This document shows positions 25,003 to 34,799 of a stretch of DNA of 36,366 nucleotides, piece after piece. The stretch's first letter is position 1. The number at the start of each line of letters is the position of its first letter. Source of the stretch: a virus (lineage: Duplodnaviria; Caudoviricetes); IMG/VR virus record IMGVR_UViG_3300037781_000039, positions 1 through 36,366 of that record; one strand, 5' to 3'. The notes below the pieces were generated by a model. It was not told the DNA's origin, ran no database searches, and saw only the letters and a list, made by a program, of their open reading frames with translations. The translations under genes and the position numbers were made by a program.

Positions 25003-25386
25003 TCAGCTCTCGCCGAAAAGATCACCCTGCTTGTCATCTCGGGTCATGGACCGGACGGAGCGAACGTAGCGCTGAGTTGCGCCAACGCGCAATGCCAGTT
25101 CGCGGGCAGGCATGGTTTCAGCGGCGTTCAGGATCGCTGCCTTCTTCGACCTGCGGAACGCACCGCGCGGGATATCCAGGCGCTCACCGCCGAACTCCTC
25201 GCAAAGGCTCTGAAAGCGCTCCTTGCCGATCACTGGAACGAAGGGATGATCCAGCCGTGCAGTCTTCGGGATGTAGTTGTCTTCGGTCCCGCCGAAGGTA
25301 TTGGCAAGACGCACAGCCGCAGCAGGCCCGATGACATCCGCCAATCGGCGAAGTCCTTCCGGCCAGCTGCGGGTGCCTTCAGACAT
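25003..25386 (-). CDS. Mor/C family transcription activator
   Basis: LADVIGPAAAVRLANTFGG, YIPK, FGGERLDIP, C-terminal HTH; immediately precedes the lysis genes; start at ATG 25386. Confidence 0.8.
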   Translation of the reverse strand: MSEGTRSWPEGLRRLADVIGPAAAVRLANTFGGTEDNYIPKTARLDHPFVPVIGKERFQSLCEEFGGERLDIPRGAFRRSKKAAILNAAETMPARELALRVGATQRYVRSVRSMTRDDKQGDLFGES

Positions 25387-25390
25387 GCGA

Positions 25391-26140
25391 TCAACCAAGC
25401 ACCGCAGAGGATGCCGCTGCGGCCATCGCCTTCTGCTTCTTTCGGATGATCGCGCCGAACTCGCGGATGACCTGATCCAGCTCGTCATCTGTCATGCCAG
25501 GCAGGGTCCGGAATGGACCGCCGACGATCTTGAGCGCCCACTGCGACGCAGCGTCCAGATGACGTATCCGCACCACACCCAGATCGGCCATCCGCCGCCA
25601 CTGCGCTGCTACCACCTGCACACGCGGTTCCGAGACCTTGCCAGCAGTATAGTGGCAGCCAACTCCATTGGTCATGCCTGCCCAGTCCACACCCCCCTCA
25701 CGCGCCAGCAGATCCTTCAGGGCCTCGATCACCTTCACTGTCTGTGTGCCGTCGAGCCATTCCAGACGGTCGGTGCCCAACTGACCTGGCGTCTTCTCTC
25801 CACCTGTCACGCGCTTTGCGAATGACGCCAACGCCTTGTCGGAGTTCTCGCGCACGACCCCGAGATGCCAGCCGGAGATCCACAACGCCCGCATCAGCGA
25901 CACCTCTTTCGGGCGTTTTCCAGCTGGCCGGTTGTTGCCGCCGCTGCGCCGCCGGTAGCTGTCTTCGAAACCCTTGCTCCGGAAGTGATCGATCAGTTCA
26001 GCGAGCTGTTGATCCGACAGATCCCTGCGGCTCGATACGCCGAACTGCTGATGCAGGACGCCCCGGAAATCATCATCACTGAGACCCAGTTGCTTTACGG
26101 CGATTGCGCTCTTCGCGAGCATGGCATTGCGGTTGCTCAT
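25391..26140 (-). CDS. gemA: GemA / Mu gp16 (DUF1018) family protein
   Basis: KQLGLSDDDFRGVL, SSRRDL, MRALW, ALASFAKR, VIEALK; start at ATG 26140. Confidence 0.85.
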   Translation of the reverse strand: MSNRNAMLAKSAIAVKQLGLSDDDFRGVLHQQFGVSSRRDLSDQQLAELIDHFRSKGFEDSYRRRSGGNNRPAGKRPKEVSLMRALWISGWHLGVVRENSDKALASFAKRVTGGEKTPGQLGTDRLEWLDGTQTVKVIEALKDLLAREGGVDWAGMTNGVGCHYTAGKVSEPRVQVVAAQWRRMADLGVVRIRHLDAASQWALKIVGGPFRTLPGMTDDELDQVIREFGAIIRKKQKAMAAAASSAVLG

Positions 26141-26237
26141 CGGTCGGCTCCTGCTGTCATCACAAGTTGCGGTGGAGGGCGGAAGAATGGTTCGTTCAGC
26201 GTCCGGGCGAACTCGCCAACCTGAAATCGAGACGCGG

Positions 26238-26978
26238 TCATGTGCGACCCGCCCTGCGGATTGGCTCCAGCTGGGCACACGGCGCGGTCGACAGACCGGG
26301 GTCAATCGGCACCTTCGCGCCAGCGATATGACCGGCAAGCCGCGCCTCGGAAAATGCGCTGCTGGCAGGGCGAAGAGCCGCCATGCCGGAGAGCTGGACG
26401 CCCATCTCCTGCAGAACCTTGGCCAGTCGATTCAGATAGTCACGCTCGACCAATGCAGCCGCTTCAGCGTTACCTTCCGAATTGATGCGGACCCACCAGA
26501 GCTCCGACAGCCGTCGTGTGATCCGTTCAAGCATGCCCTGCTGAAACGCTCTCAGCGAAGCGTTGCGGGTTTTCTGTTTGCGCCGCCGCTTGTACTCATG
26601 ACTGGCCTTGAACTGATCGGCCTCACGCCGGAACGCGGCAACCAGCAGACCGTGCAGGTATTCGGCGATGAGAACATCATCCTCGCGACCGAAGTACACA
26701 TAGGTCAGACCGTTGTCTGTCGATGCAAACCAGCCCTTGCAGCGACAGATTCTGGCCACATGCGGCCACAGGCTGTCGATAACCTGACGTCGCTTGCCTG
26801 GCGTGGTCCGGCGATATTGCACGAAGGCGAGATCGTCGTCGCTCAGACTGTGCTTTTGCATCAGGGACAGCGCCGACGCGGCAGCTTGCATTGCCTCCGC
26901 CTCGGTACAGCCATTGGCCTCCGTCATCTGGCGCAGTGCCCGGATACGAGCCTTGATGCGTTCAATATCAGTTCGCAT
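26238..26978 (-). CDS. DUF2786-domain protein
   Basis: N-terminal RIRAL...GCTEAEAMQAA...LMQKH; VYFGREDD. Confidence 0.75.
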   Translation of the reverse strand: MRTDIERIKARIRALRQMTEANGCTEAEAMQAAASALSLMQKHSLSDDDLAFVQYRRTTPGKRRQVIDSLWPHVARICRCKGWFASTDNGLTYVYFGREDDVLIAEYLHGLLVAAFRREADQFKASHEYKRRRKQKTRNASLRAFQQGMLERITRRLSELWWVRINSEGNAEAAALVERDYLNRLAKVLQEMGVQLSGMAALRPASSAFSEARLAGHIAGAKVPIDPGLSTAPCAQLEPIRRAGRT

Positions 26979-26981
26979 TCC

Positions 26982-27260
26982 TCAGCCCTCCAGATCAGCG
27001 CGATAGCCGGGCCGGGCGGCGCACTCGGCGTCTGCCGCCTCGGCCAGCTCACGCAGGTTCTCGACCCGCCCTGCCTTGGCCTGCGGATCGACGATCTCCA
27101 GTTTCAGAAGTTCACTGGCGTGCTTGACGTTGCGCAGCAGCTGCCGCCGCGCCCGCTCCATGCCCCGGCCATGAATGAAAGGCGCAGCGCTCATAGAAAC
27201 GTTGAGCAGGGCGCTCTTGATCTCTTCGACCGACACTGTGCCCCTGGTCGGCATGATCAC
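26982..27260 (-). CDS. Hypothetical protein
   Basis: 92 aa, overlaps the gam stop and fills the operon gap. Confidence 0.55.
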   Translation of the reverse strand: MIMPTRGTVSVEEIKSALLNVSMSAAPFIHGRGMERARRQLLRNVKHASELLKLEIVDPQAKAGRVENLRELAEAADAECAARPGYRADLEG

Positions 27261-27784
27261 TTCTCCGCCAGCTCCAGACCGGCAGGCTCAACCACGAACT
27301 CCTCGCCTTCACTGCCGATGCTCACGCCGGGTATCTCCCTTGCTGTACGCGGATCCTTCAGCATGGCTTCCTTGTCGATCTCCTCCTTCGTCCGGATGAA
27401 GCCAACCAGCTTGTTCAGGCGCAGATGCGCCAGCACGTCCTCCACACCCCGGATCGTCACGCGCGGGGGCAGAATCCGCCATGCGATCTTCCCCGCGCCA
27501 AGTTCCACCGTCTTCGTGCGCCCGTCGCGCGTCAGTGTCTTCCGGTTCGCCTCGGCCCAGATCTTCAGCCCCTCGGTGCGTTCCGTCAGGATGGTCCGGT
27601 GCAATGAAGCCTCGGCCTCCGCACCGGCTTTCAGTTGCGCCGTCTTCAGTTTCAGACGGGCCTCGATCCGCGCCAGCTGCATCTGCGCCGAGCCGATCTC
27701 CATGATCATGAGATCGGCCTCATCACGGTTCTGGGGCACATGCACCTTGGCCGCACCGGTCTTTGCCTTCGTCTTTTTCGCCAT
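27257..27784 (-). CDS. gam: Host-nuclease inhibitor Gam (Mu Gam, Ku-like)
   Basis: WAEANRKTLT, KTVELGAGKIAWR, PPRV, FIRTKEEIDKEAML, IPGVSI; start at ATG 27784. Confidence 0.92.
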   Translation of the reverse strand: MAKKTKAKTGAAKVHVPQNRDEADLMIMEIGSAQMQLARIEARLKLKTAQLKAGAEAEASLHRTILTERTEGLKIWAEANRKTLTRDGRTKTVELGAGKIAWRILPPRVTIRGVEDVLAHLRLNKLVGFIRTKEEIDKEAMLKDPRTAREIPGVSIGSEGEEFVVEPAGLELAEK

Positions 27785-27853
27785 CAGTTCGCTCCCTTCC
27801 AGATGAGCCTGAGCCAGCGGAACTGCTGGCGCAGGCGATAGCGCCACCCGCCG

Positions 27854-28303
27854 TCACGCGCGCGCATCGGTGTCCTCCACGCCCAGGCGGCGGAGCGCCC
27901 TTCGACATGTCCGGATCGTGTTCTGCAGGTCGCGGATCAGCCTCTTCTGCTGCTCACTGGAGACGGCCTTGGCGGCAAAGCGGTGGAGGTGATCGTTGGT
28001 CACGATGGCCCGTATCCGCTCGACCTCTTTCCACTTCTCTTTGCTGTGGCTGGTCACGTCCTCTACGCGCCGGATCGCATGCAGGATCGTGGTGTGATCC
28101 CGCCCGCCGCAGACCCGGCCTATCTGTGGGAGACTGGCTTCGGTCAACTCGCTGGCCAGGTAGCAGGCCACCTGACGGGGCCAGGCAATTGAGCGATATC
28201 GCCGAGGGCCGAACATCTGTGGCAACTTCACGCCATACAGCCGTCCTACCTCGGAAAAGATGAGAGTGATCGTTCCCATGCGATCCTCGCCGGTGCCGCT
28301 CAT
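27854..28303 (-). CDS. Stand-alone DnaA C-terminal (domain IV) DNA-binding protein
   Basis: PRQVACYLASELTEASLPQIGRVCGGRDHTTILHAIRRV matches the DnaA domain IV signature. Confidence 0.88.
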   Translation of the reverse strand: MSGTGEDRMGTITLIFSEVGRLYGVKLPQMFGPRRYRSIAWPRQVACYLASELTEASLPQIGRVCGGRDHTTILHAIRRVEDVTSHSKEKWKEVERIRAIVTNDHLHRFAAKAVSSEQQKRLIRDLQNTIRTCRRALRRLGVEDTDARA

Positions 28304-28542
28304 GACCGGCCTCCGATGCGTTTCCTCAGTTGGCGGCAGAACTCTTCCAACGCATCAAGCGCTTCCTCGTCGTCCTCCGCCTCGGGAATACCCGGAACCA
28401 GCAGCGTCTTGCCGTCGTAGGCATGTCTCGCCACGGCGCTGATGATGTTCTCGTCGGCAGTGGGTAGTGCCACAGCACCTTCGGGTTTGAACTGGCCGAA
28501 CTCGATAACGCCGCTCCGCCAGGTGTAGGCAACCGCGCTCAT
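28300..28542 (-). CDS. Small Mu-like early protein, function unknown
   Basis: AYTWRSGVIEFG, ARHAYDGKTLLVPGIPEA; ATGA-coupled. Confidence 0.75.
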   Translation of the reverse strand: MSAVAYTWRSGVIEFGQFKPEGAVALPTADENIISAVARHAYDGKTLLVPGIPEAEDDEEALDALEEFCRQLRKRIGGRS

Positions 28543-28781
28543 GACCGGCCTCCGGTCCAGTAGTCGGGCCGGGGCCGCAGCACGACCACACCGTCATTCC
28601 TGGCCGCACGACACGCCGGAGGAACCGGGCGCTGCTCCAGCTCATGCACGTCGTCAGCGATCTCGTGCATCCGGTGCAGGGCCTGGCGCAGGACGGATGA
28701 TGTCAGGCTGTCGCTGTCGATCATCTGCTCGAGGCCTTCGGCAAGGCCGCGCAAATCACTGCTGATCATCATCACCTCCAT
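28539..28781 (-). CDS. Hypothetical protein
   Basis: About 77-80 aa in the coupled early operon; start uncertain. Confidence 0.6.
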   Translation of the reverse strand: MEVMMISSDLRGLAEGLEQMIDSDSLTSSVLRQALHRMHEIADDVHELEQRPVPPACRAARNDGVVVLRPRPDYWTGGRS

Positions 28782-29019
28782 CCGTTACCCACCGCTGCTG
28801 GGGGAACTTCGGCAAGGCATCGATGCGATACACCGGAACGGTGCCGGTCTCGTAGGAGGCAACCACCCGTTCCAGATGTCGCACTTCCTCGATGAGGGAC
28901 GGCAGTTGCACGACGGCATGCGCCGTCATGTCCACGCCCGCCGCAACAGAACGATCAAGCTCCTGATAGAGACACACCATGCGCTCGCTGAGCGGCGGAG
29001 TGCTGTCTGGAAATTTCAT
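28756..29019 (-). CDS. Hypothetical protein
   Basis: 87 aa from ATG 29019, preceded by a GGAGG RBS. Confidence 0.6.
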   Translation of the reverse strand: MKFPDSTPPLSERMVCLYQELDRSVAAGVDMTAHAVVQLPSLIEEVRHLERVVASYETGTVPVYRIDALPKFPQQRWVTDGGDDDQQ

Positions 29020-29408
29020 CGGATTGCCTCCTTCCTCGGGGTTTCCCTGGCGATCCGGCTGTGCGCGCAGCTGCCGCGACAGGCCCGATAGAGCCTGACC
29101 CGCAGGCCGCTGGCAGAACTGAACTCCGCCCGCTGGTGTTCCCTGCAAACGTGCCTGGGGAGAGTGCCGAGCACCGGGCATTCGACGGTCTCGCCCATCA
29201 GAACCCCGCGAACCCGTTCCTCGATCTTGTCGAGAACGCCGGGATAGCGGTTCTTCAGCACCATGTTGACGGCGGACGCGGAGTAGCCGATGGCGTCCGC
29301 CGTCGCGCGCTGGGAGCCAGCCCGGTCACAATGATCAGCCAGCATCAGCACCCATTCCGGCGCGTCGCCATGCCAGTGCTGGGTGACAGTCTCAGAGGCT
29401 CTGGTCAT
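29016..29408 (-). CDS. HTH protein with C-terminal Cys cluster (possible zinc binding)
   Basis: SQRATADAIGYSASAVNMVL, CPVLG, C, CRGSC. Confidence 0.75.
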   Translation of the reverse strand: MTRASETVTQHWHGDAPEWVLMLADHCDRAGSQRATADAIGYSASAVNMVLKNRYPGVLDKIEERVRGVLMGETVECPVLGTLPRHVCREHQRAEFSSASGLRVRLYRACRGSCAHSRIARETPRKEAIR

Positions 29409-30006
29409 CACCATCCTCCGCAAACCGCATTACCCGGCCGAGGTTCGGATCGAACACACGCTTGACCCGCTGGATCAGCGGCGCTCGTGGCCCGGTCATC
29501 ATGCTCGGAAGCAGGCGATAGCTGACATCCGTGCCTGCCACATTCTTCGCGGCGGGTGTCGTGATCACCAGGTAACCGGCACGCTTCAGGTGCCTGCAGT
29601 ACGTCTTCGCTGTCTCCAGTGCGATCTGCACCTCATCCGTGGACGCACCATCCGCCAGCTCGGCAGCAGTAAACGAGGAACGCATCTTCATCGTGCGCCA
29701 CATCTGTTCGGTGCCCGTTGGCAGGGTGCGCACCTTGCCCTCTCGCGTGACAGACGGCGCATCCCGCTGTGGCTTCAGCACCCGGAACAGGTCTGGCTGT
29801 CGCGGATCGGTCACCTCGCGTGACAGGATCTCCGCCCTCACCAGGCGCTTCAGATAATCCCGCACCGTGTCCTTGTGCGCGTTGGTCTCCAGGTAGACAT
29901 CCCGCACCGTGAACGGCCCTGGCTGGCCGTGCAGGTCCATGATGACCTTCCAGAAATGCTCGTGGCCGCGAAACCGCCGCGGCTGATCTGCAGGGCGACG
30001 TCCCAT
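29392..30006 (-). CDS. Tandem winged-helix DNA-binding protein downstream of MuB
   Basis: Two similar units (TVRDYLKRLVRAEIL and AKTYCRHLKRAGYL), TGPRAP, VFDPN; start at ATG 30006. Confidence 0.75.
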   Translation of the reverse strand: MGRRPADQPRRFRGHEHFWKVIMDLHGQPGPFTVRDVYLETNAHKDTVRDYLKRLVRAEILSREVTDPRQPDLFRVLKPQRDAPSVTREGKVRTLPTGTEQMWRTMKMRSSFTAAELADGASTDEVQIALETAKTYCRHLKRAGYLVITTPAAKNVAGTDVSYRLLPSMMTGPRAPLIQRVKRVFDPNLGRVMRFAEDGDDQSL

Positions 30007-30725
30007 CACGAGGCCCTCCGGCTCGGTGCGCGGCCCGTGAACAGCATCTGACGCGGGCATTCCTTCGTGGTGATCACGTCGGAACCAAGCGACAGGGACA
30101 GTTCGCGGATGCGGTCGAGATTGATGCAGATTCGACGGGCGCGACCCCCGGACGCTGCAATCAGCTGCTCGACCAGGGCGTCCTCCAGCGTGATGCCCGG
30201 GCAGTAATGGTCCAGCAGGTGGCAGAAATCGTCGCGGTCGGATGGCTGTGCCGGCACCCAGTCCAGCACCCGATTGTGAAACCGCTCGGACAGGGATTCG
30301 ATCTTGCCCGGCAGCAGCTCTTCCCCGATGCAGATGATCGGCGTCTGCGCCTTGTCGTGGATCTCGCGCACGGTCTCATGGTAGTTGCGCGACACCACGT
30401 GATCGAACTCGTCGATGATCACCAGCCTCGGGTCCATGGCCAGCGTTTCAATGATGCGTTCAACGATGATCGGAATGGAGCCCTTGTCGCTGACACCGAT
30501 CTCGGTCGCGAGCCGCTGCAGGAAGAATTTCTTCGTCCAGCTCTCACCGACTTCCACGTAGAACGCACGCTGCTTGTGCGCGCTGTACTCAGCTGAGCGC
30601 GTCTTCCCGAAGCCGGAGAACCCGTAGAATATGCCGATGCCCGGCAGGTCCGGATTGCGGTTGCAGACCCGCTCCGCCAGCGTCGAGAACTGCAACACGT
30701 TTCGTGTTGGCGCGATATGGCTCAT
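30006..30725 (-). CDS. MuB-like AAA+ transposition ATPase
   Basis: Walker A GFSGFGKT, Walker B VIIDE; directly follows the transposase. Confidence 0.93.
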   Translation of the reverse strand: MSHIAPTRNVLQFSTLAERVCNRNPDLPGIGIFYGFSGFGKTRSAEYSAHKQRAFYVEVGESWTKKFFLQRLATEIGVSDKGSIPIIVERIIETLAMDPRLVIIDEFDHVVSRNYHETVREIHDKAQTPIICIGEELLPGKIESLSERFHNRVLDWVPAQPSDRDDFCHLLDHYCPGITLEDALVEQLIAASGGRARRICINLDRIRELSLSLGSDVITTKECPRQMLFTGRAPSRRAS

Positions 30726-32911
30726 GACTTGGTGTCCCTGTCCTGTTTGAAGTCATCGTGCAGCGACTTCCGCGCCCGATATTCAGCGGTCTGCACGTAG
30801 CCGAGCAGCCATCTGGTATCTTCGTCGGAGGGGGTGTCGCCGTTCTCCAGCTGTGTCTGCAGTTCCAGCGCCCTCTGGAACCGCAGGCCCGGCGTATCGG
30901 GCAGCTGATGAATGTTTTCCTGCTCGGCCTGGAACCCGGCGACGAAGGCCTTGCGGGCCGCGTCTTCGGGTGCATCAAGGGTCGGTGCAGCAGGTGTCTC
31001 GTTGCTCGAAACCGCATCCGCTGCGGCTTCGAGTGAAGGTGTTGTGTGCGGCTTTGAAGGTGCCGGAAACGCGGTCAGCACGCCGCTCTTGCGGGCAGAT
31101 TCGCGCAGCACTCCATCCACCATGTCGTAGGGCTTTCTGGCCCGGATTTCTCGCTGCAGCGGTGCCACTTCCTCGGCCATGCGTCGCGTCTGTTCCGAGC
31201 GATTCAGGCGGATCGCATCGCCGGGATCGACCCCGACACGCTCGGGGCAGACCGCCACCCCGATGAACTCTTCGCCATTCTCCGAATAGACATAGATGCG
31301 GCCCAGGTCGTCCGGGTCATGGCGGCAGAACACCCGGCTGCCGGGCCGCAGTGCCGGGTGCATGAAGCGCGCCCGGTCAAGGGCAATGCCGGTCTTCGTG
31401 ACAGTCCGGATACCGTTCGATCCCGCAATGGGCGCCAGCATGATGTCGAGCGCGCGCTCGTTCTCCAGGCGCTTGATCACGCCATTCCAGTTGGCGTTCC
31501 GCTCGAATGGTGTCTGCCCGTCAATCCCCTTGTGCGGGCGATGCAGATACTTGGTCTCCACCCACTGGTTGATGGTGGTCTGCAGACCCTCGTGGTCCAG
31601 ATCGACACAGAACGTGTTCTGGTCGCTCTCCCCCAGACGGGCCGCAAAGCTGCGCCGCGCTTCGATCTTCTTTCGGTCAGCAACATTGTGGCCAACGAAG
31701 CCCGGCAGGAGGGGCATCAGGCCGCGCTGCAGGGTGCCGATGGCCCGCTCGACGGTGCCCTTCTGCTCGGGGCTGAAGGGGGCCGTGATGTCCTGATGAA
31801 TGGCCAGTGCGGACATCGCCCGCTTGAAGGCATGGCTCACGAAATCGGAACCGTTGTCCGTCCGCAGCACCTCCGGCACTCCCCAGGCCATGATGGCCCG
31901 GCGCACCAGTGCCAGCACCGCTTCTGTCTTCGGTGTCCGTGTGACGCTGACCATCATCCGGCGGGTGTAGATGTCGATCACCGCATAGATCGAATAGCGG
32001 CCATCGGTCAGCAGCACATCCGCCGGGCTGGCGTCGATCTCCCAGAGCATGTTGGGTGCGGTCACCCAGTGGTTCATGTTGGTGCCGCTGAACCTGTACT
32101 TGTTCTTCCACGCATCCGGGTCGGTCAGCTTGGTCAGCGCGTCGGCATGGTCCGCCTTCCAGCGTGCGATGTGGCGCTCGAATGACCGGAGCGACGGCAG
32201 CGGCCTGGGCTTGCCATCGATGTCGAGCGTCTGCCCGAACCGGTCAGCAATCAGGTCGCGGATGTGGTCCGCAGTCAGGTGCGGCTGCTGTACGATGTAG
32301 GCCGATATCGCCAGACCGACGTCGCCACCCTCCGCCTTGTCCAGGACACCGGAACCCTTGCGCCCACCGTAGTTCCCGCCGAGGGAGGCGAAGTCGCCGG
32401 TCTCGCGTAGTTTGGTCCAGCGTTTCAGCGTCGTGACGCTGACGCCGATGGGCCTGCCGGAGGCGGAGGTCAGTGCCTGGCGCACCCACTCCGGCAGCCC
32501 TGAAATCCTGCCGTTGCGGTACATGCCGGTGAACAGGTGCCGCTGCACCTCCACCGACCCCTCGTGGTTCTGGCGAAAGACATCCCAGAACCCCAGCAGG
32601 GTCAGGATGGCATCCCGGCGCAAGGCCGCGCCAACGGTGCTGGGCTGTGTCTCGCAGACGGCGGGCAGCGCGACAGCCGGGGCCTCGACAACCTTCAGGT
32701 GGCGCAGGCGAATGCAGCTCTGCAGGCTGGTTGGAAGAGCTGAGATGTGTCGTTCGACCCCACCGCCCCGTTCCTTGCGACAGCGCACCCTGTGTGGCGC
32801 ACGTGCATCGACATCGTTGGTCTTGAACCAGCGCCAGACGCCGCTCTCGGTGTCCGGGAACGCCGGTAGTTTGAGTGCCGCGAACTCTGCGTTCGTGTAC
32901 CACTCCTTCAT
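30722..32911 (-). CDS. MuA-like DDE transposase
   Basis: N-terminal Mu HTH; WEIDASPAD, RTDNGSDF and KGTVER give the DDE triad; C-terminal HDPDDLGRIYV. Confidence 0.96.
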   Translation of the reverse strand: MKEWYTNAEFAALKLPAFPDTESGVWRWFKTNDVDARAPHRVRCRKERGGGVERHISALPTSLQSCIRLRHLKVVEAPAVALPAVCETQPSTVGAALRRDAILTLLGFWDVFRQNHEGSVEVQRHLFTGMYRNGRISGLPEWVRQALTSASGRPIGVSVTTLKRWTKLRETGDFASLGGNYGGRKGSGVLDKAEGGDVGLAISAYIVQQPHLTADHIRDLIADRFGQTLDIDGKPRPLPSLRSFERHIARWKADHADALTKLTDPDAWKNKYRFSGTNMNHWVTAPNMLWEIDASPADVLLTDGRYSIYAVIDIYTRRMMVSVTRTPKTEAVLALVRRAIMAWGVPEVLRTDNGSDFVSHAFKRAMSALAIHQDITAPFSPEQKGTVERAIGTLQRGLMPLLPGFVGHNVADRKKIEARRSFAARLGESDQNTFCVDLDHEGLQTTINQWVETKYLHRPHKGIDGQTPFERNANWNGVIKRLENERALDIMLAPIAGSNGIRTVTKTGIALDRARFMHPALRPGSRVFCRHDPDDLGRIYVYSENGEEFIGVAVCPERVGVDPGDAIRLNRSEQTRRMAEEVAPLQREIRARKPYDMVDGVLRESARKSGVLTAFPAPSKPHTTPSLEAAADAVSSNETPAAPTLDAPEDAARKAFVAGFQAEQENIHQLPDTPGLRFQRALELQTQLENGDTPSDEDTRWLLGYVQTAEYRARKSLHDDFKQDRDTKS

Positions 32912-33390
32912 GATGCCCCTCGCTTCGCCAGGCGCAGTGCCAGCTCGGCTTCACGCTCTGAATGGGCGGCCACTTCCTTCGCGGAGTTGACCCGGTCGTA
33001 TTCCATCCCGGCCCTGATCCAGTGCCGGTACCGCTCTTCGACAACGATGTAGCCGAACATCTCGGCACCGATCTGCAGCAGGCGCGGATCGCGGGTGACC
33101 TCGGTCAGGGCGAGCAGCCTCAGATACGGGATCGTGTGGTCTTCCCGTGCCTCGCTGGCATAGGCATCCAGCATGTTCTTGCTGACCTCTTCCCCCAGCC
33201 AGTCGCTCATCGCCGTTGCGACCACTTCACGGCTGTGCTCGCAATCACGCAGGGTCTCGGATACGGCGCGGGCGATGCGCGAACGCAGGGTCGCGGTGCG
33301 CACCCGGTCATCATCGAAACGGCGGACGATGACCGGTGGCTCCCAGTCGAGCAGGTCCTGCGTTCGATCATCACCGCGCACCTTGGCCAT
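32908..33390 (-). CDS. Hypothetical early regulatory protein
   Basis: 160 aa from ATG 33390; VSKNMLDAYASEAREDH, HTH-like. Confidence 0.7.
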   Translation of the reverse strand: MAKVRGDDRTQDLLDWEPPVIVRRFDDDRVRTATLRSRIARAVSETLRDCEHSREVVATAMSDWLGEEVSKNMLDAYASEAREDHTIPYLRLLALTEVTRDPRLLQIGAEMFGYIVVEERYRHWIRAGMEYDRVNSAKEVAAHSEREAELALRLAKRGAS

Positions 33391-34205
33391 CAGATGCGCC
33401 CCGCCACGCCGGTGTTCTCGAGCATCTCCACGAACCGGCGTCGCGCCGGTGTTCCGGCACGCATCCAGGCCTGCACCAGCGACTTGTACTGATCGTCCTC
33501 CGGTGACGTCTTCTTGGCTCCGACCACCTCGGCAACCGCTGCCTTGACCGATGTCGCAGGCTGCGCCTGCCGCAGCAGGGCGGCGAGAACAGGCGTCTGC
33601 TGATCCGGTGGCAGCGCCGCCAGCGCGCGCAGATCGCTGTCCTTCTCGGCTATCCAGCTGCCGTCGATCATCTCCCGGACGTGCTCGGTCAGGCCCTCGT
33701 AGAGGGCGACAGACTTCTTGATTGTGGACGGGTCGCACTCCAGCTTCTGGGCTGCGATTTTTGAGAAGGGAAAAATTCCCTTCTCATTCCGGCTTGCTCC
33801 GCGACCACCATGCGCGCCGTTCCTGGATTCCGGATTGCGCGCTTCATAGATGCGCTTCCATTCGGACAGGAACCGGGCGCGCGCCAGACCCTTGAGCCCC
33901 TTGCGCAGCATGTTCTCTTCGATCTCGACCAGCCGCGCTTCGTCATCGTCCAGCGGCTGTTCAATCGCCTCGATACTTCGGAGGCCCAGTTGAACAGCAG
34001 CCGCCAGGCGATGCCCGCCCGCCACCAGCTGATGCGCGATCACCTCGCCGTTGTTGTCGCGCAGGGGCCGCACGATGACGGGATACAGGTCCGTCCGCAG
34101 GCCAACCGCGCAGAGCGCATCGACAACGTCCGGGTCAACCCCGCGCAGCCGTTCGGCGACAATGACCCGGTTCGGTTCAAGGCTGATGTGCTGGGCTTCA
34201 GACAT
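33390..34205 (-). CDS. ParB/Srx N-terminal domain protein
   Basis: PVIVRP, LVAGGHRLAA, EIEENMLR, then HTH. Confidence 0.88.
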   Translation of the reverse strand: MSEAQHISLEPNRVIVAERLRGVDPDVVDALCAVGLRTDLYPVIVRPLRDNNGEVIAHQLVAGGHRLAAAVQLGLRSIEAIEQPLDDDEARLVEIEENMLRKGLKGLARARFLSEWKRIYEARNPESRNGAHGGRGASRNEKGIFPFSKIAAQKLECDPSTIKKSVALYEGLTEHVREMIDGSWIAEKDSDLRALAALPPDQQTPVLAALLRQAQPATSVKAAVAEVVGAKKTSPEDDQYKSLVQAWMRAGTPARRRFVEMLENTGVAGRI

Positions 34206-34503
34206 CTGCGATTGCCTTGATCAGCCGGTCCATCCGTGCCCGCAATTCGGCCTCGCGCTCGGCTACCATCTCCAGCACACGCATTCCAGGTTCGGTCTCA
34301 CCTTGCTCGGTGCCGCCGTCTGCATCTTCGGGAGTACGACCGGCATCGCCGAGTATCGCGAGCGTGCCGGGCGTGATGGCCCTGGTCTGCAGCAGGATGG
34401 CAAAGGCGGTCAGCGTGTCGTACTCCGTCTCATCCATCATCTGCACGATGGGCCTGAGCGCTACCATGCGGATATCAAGCAGTGCTTCGGAAACCTTGTT
34501 CAT
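34198..34503 (-). CDS. Hypothetical protein
   Basis: 101 aa, ATGA-coupled to ner. Confidence 0.6.
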   Translation of the reverse strand: MNKVSEALLDIRMVALRPIVQMMDETEYDTLTAFAILLQTRAITPGTLAILGDAGRTPEDADGGTEQGETEPGMRVLEMVAEREAELRARMDRLIKAIADV

Positions 34504-34799
34504 GCGGCCTGTCCTTTTTGACGGTGCGGGAACAGCCGCTTCGGCTTATAGTTCGCCGTAGGTTGAGGCTTGAGGCGATTCCCCTGGGCGTCGTAGCGGC
34601 TCGGCCAGATGCGGTGCGCAGGCAGATCCAGAACTCTGGCGATGGCTGTCTCGCCCGGCGCGCACGGCTTGTGGGCGGCAGCCTTAGCGATGCCCGGCCT
34701 CAAGCGGTGGGCGCGGTCGACCGCCGCGTAGGTCCAGCCCGCGCTGTTGAGCATGAACTGGATCTCGATTGCCGACTTGTCGGCCTTGGGCTTCGCCAT
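34500..34799 (-). CDS. ner: Ner/Nlp family transcriptional regulator
   Basis: GETAIARVLDLPAHRIWPSRY; divergent from the repressor. Confidence 0.9.
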   Translation of the reverse strand: MAKPKADKSAIEIQFMLNSAGWTYAAVDRAHRLRPGIAKAAAHKPCAPGETAIARVLDLPAHRIWPSRYDAQGNRLKPQPTANYKPKRLFPHRQKGQAA

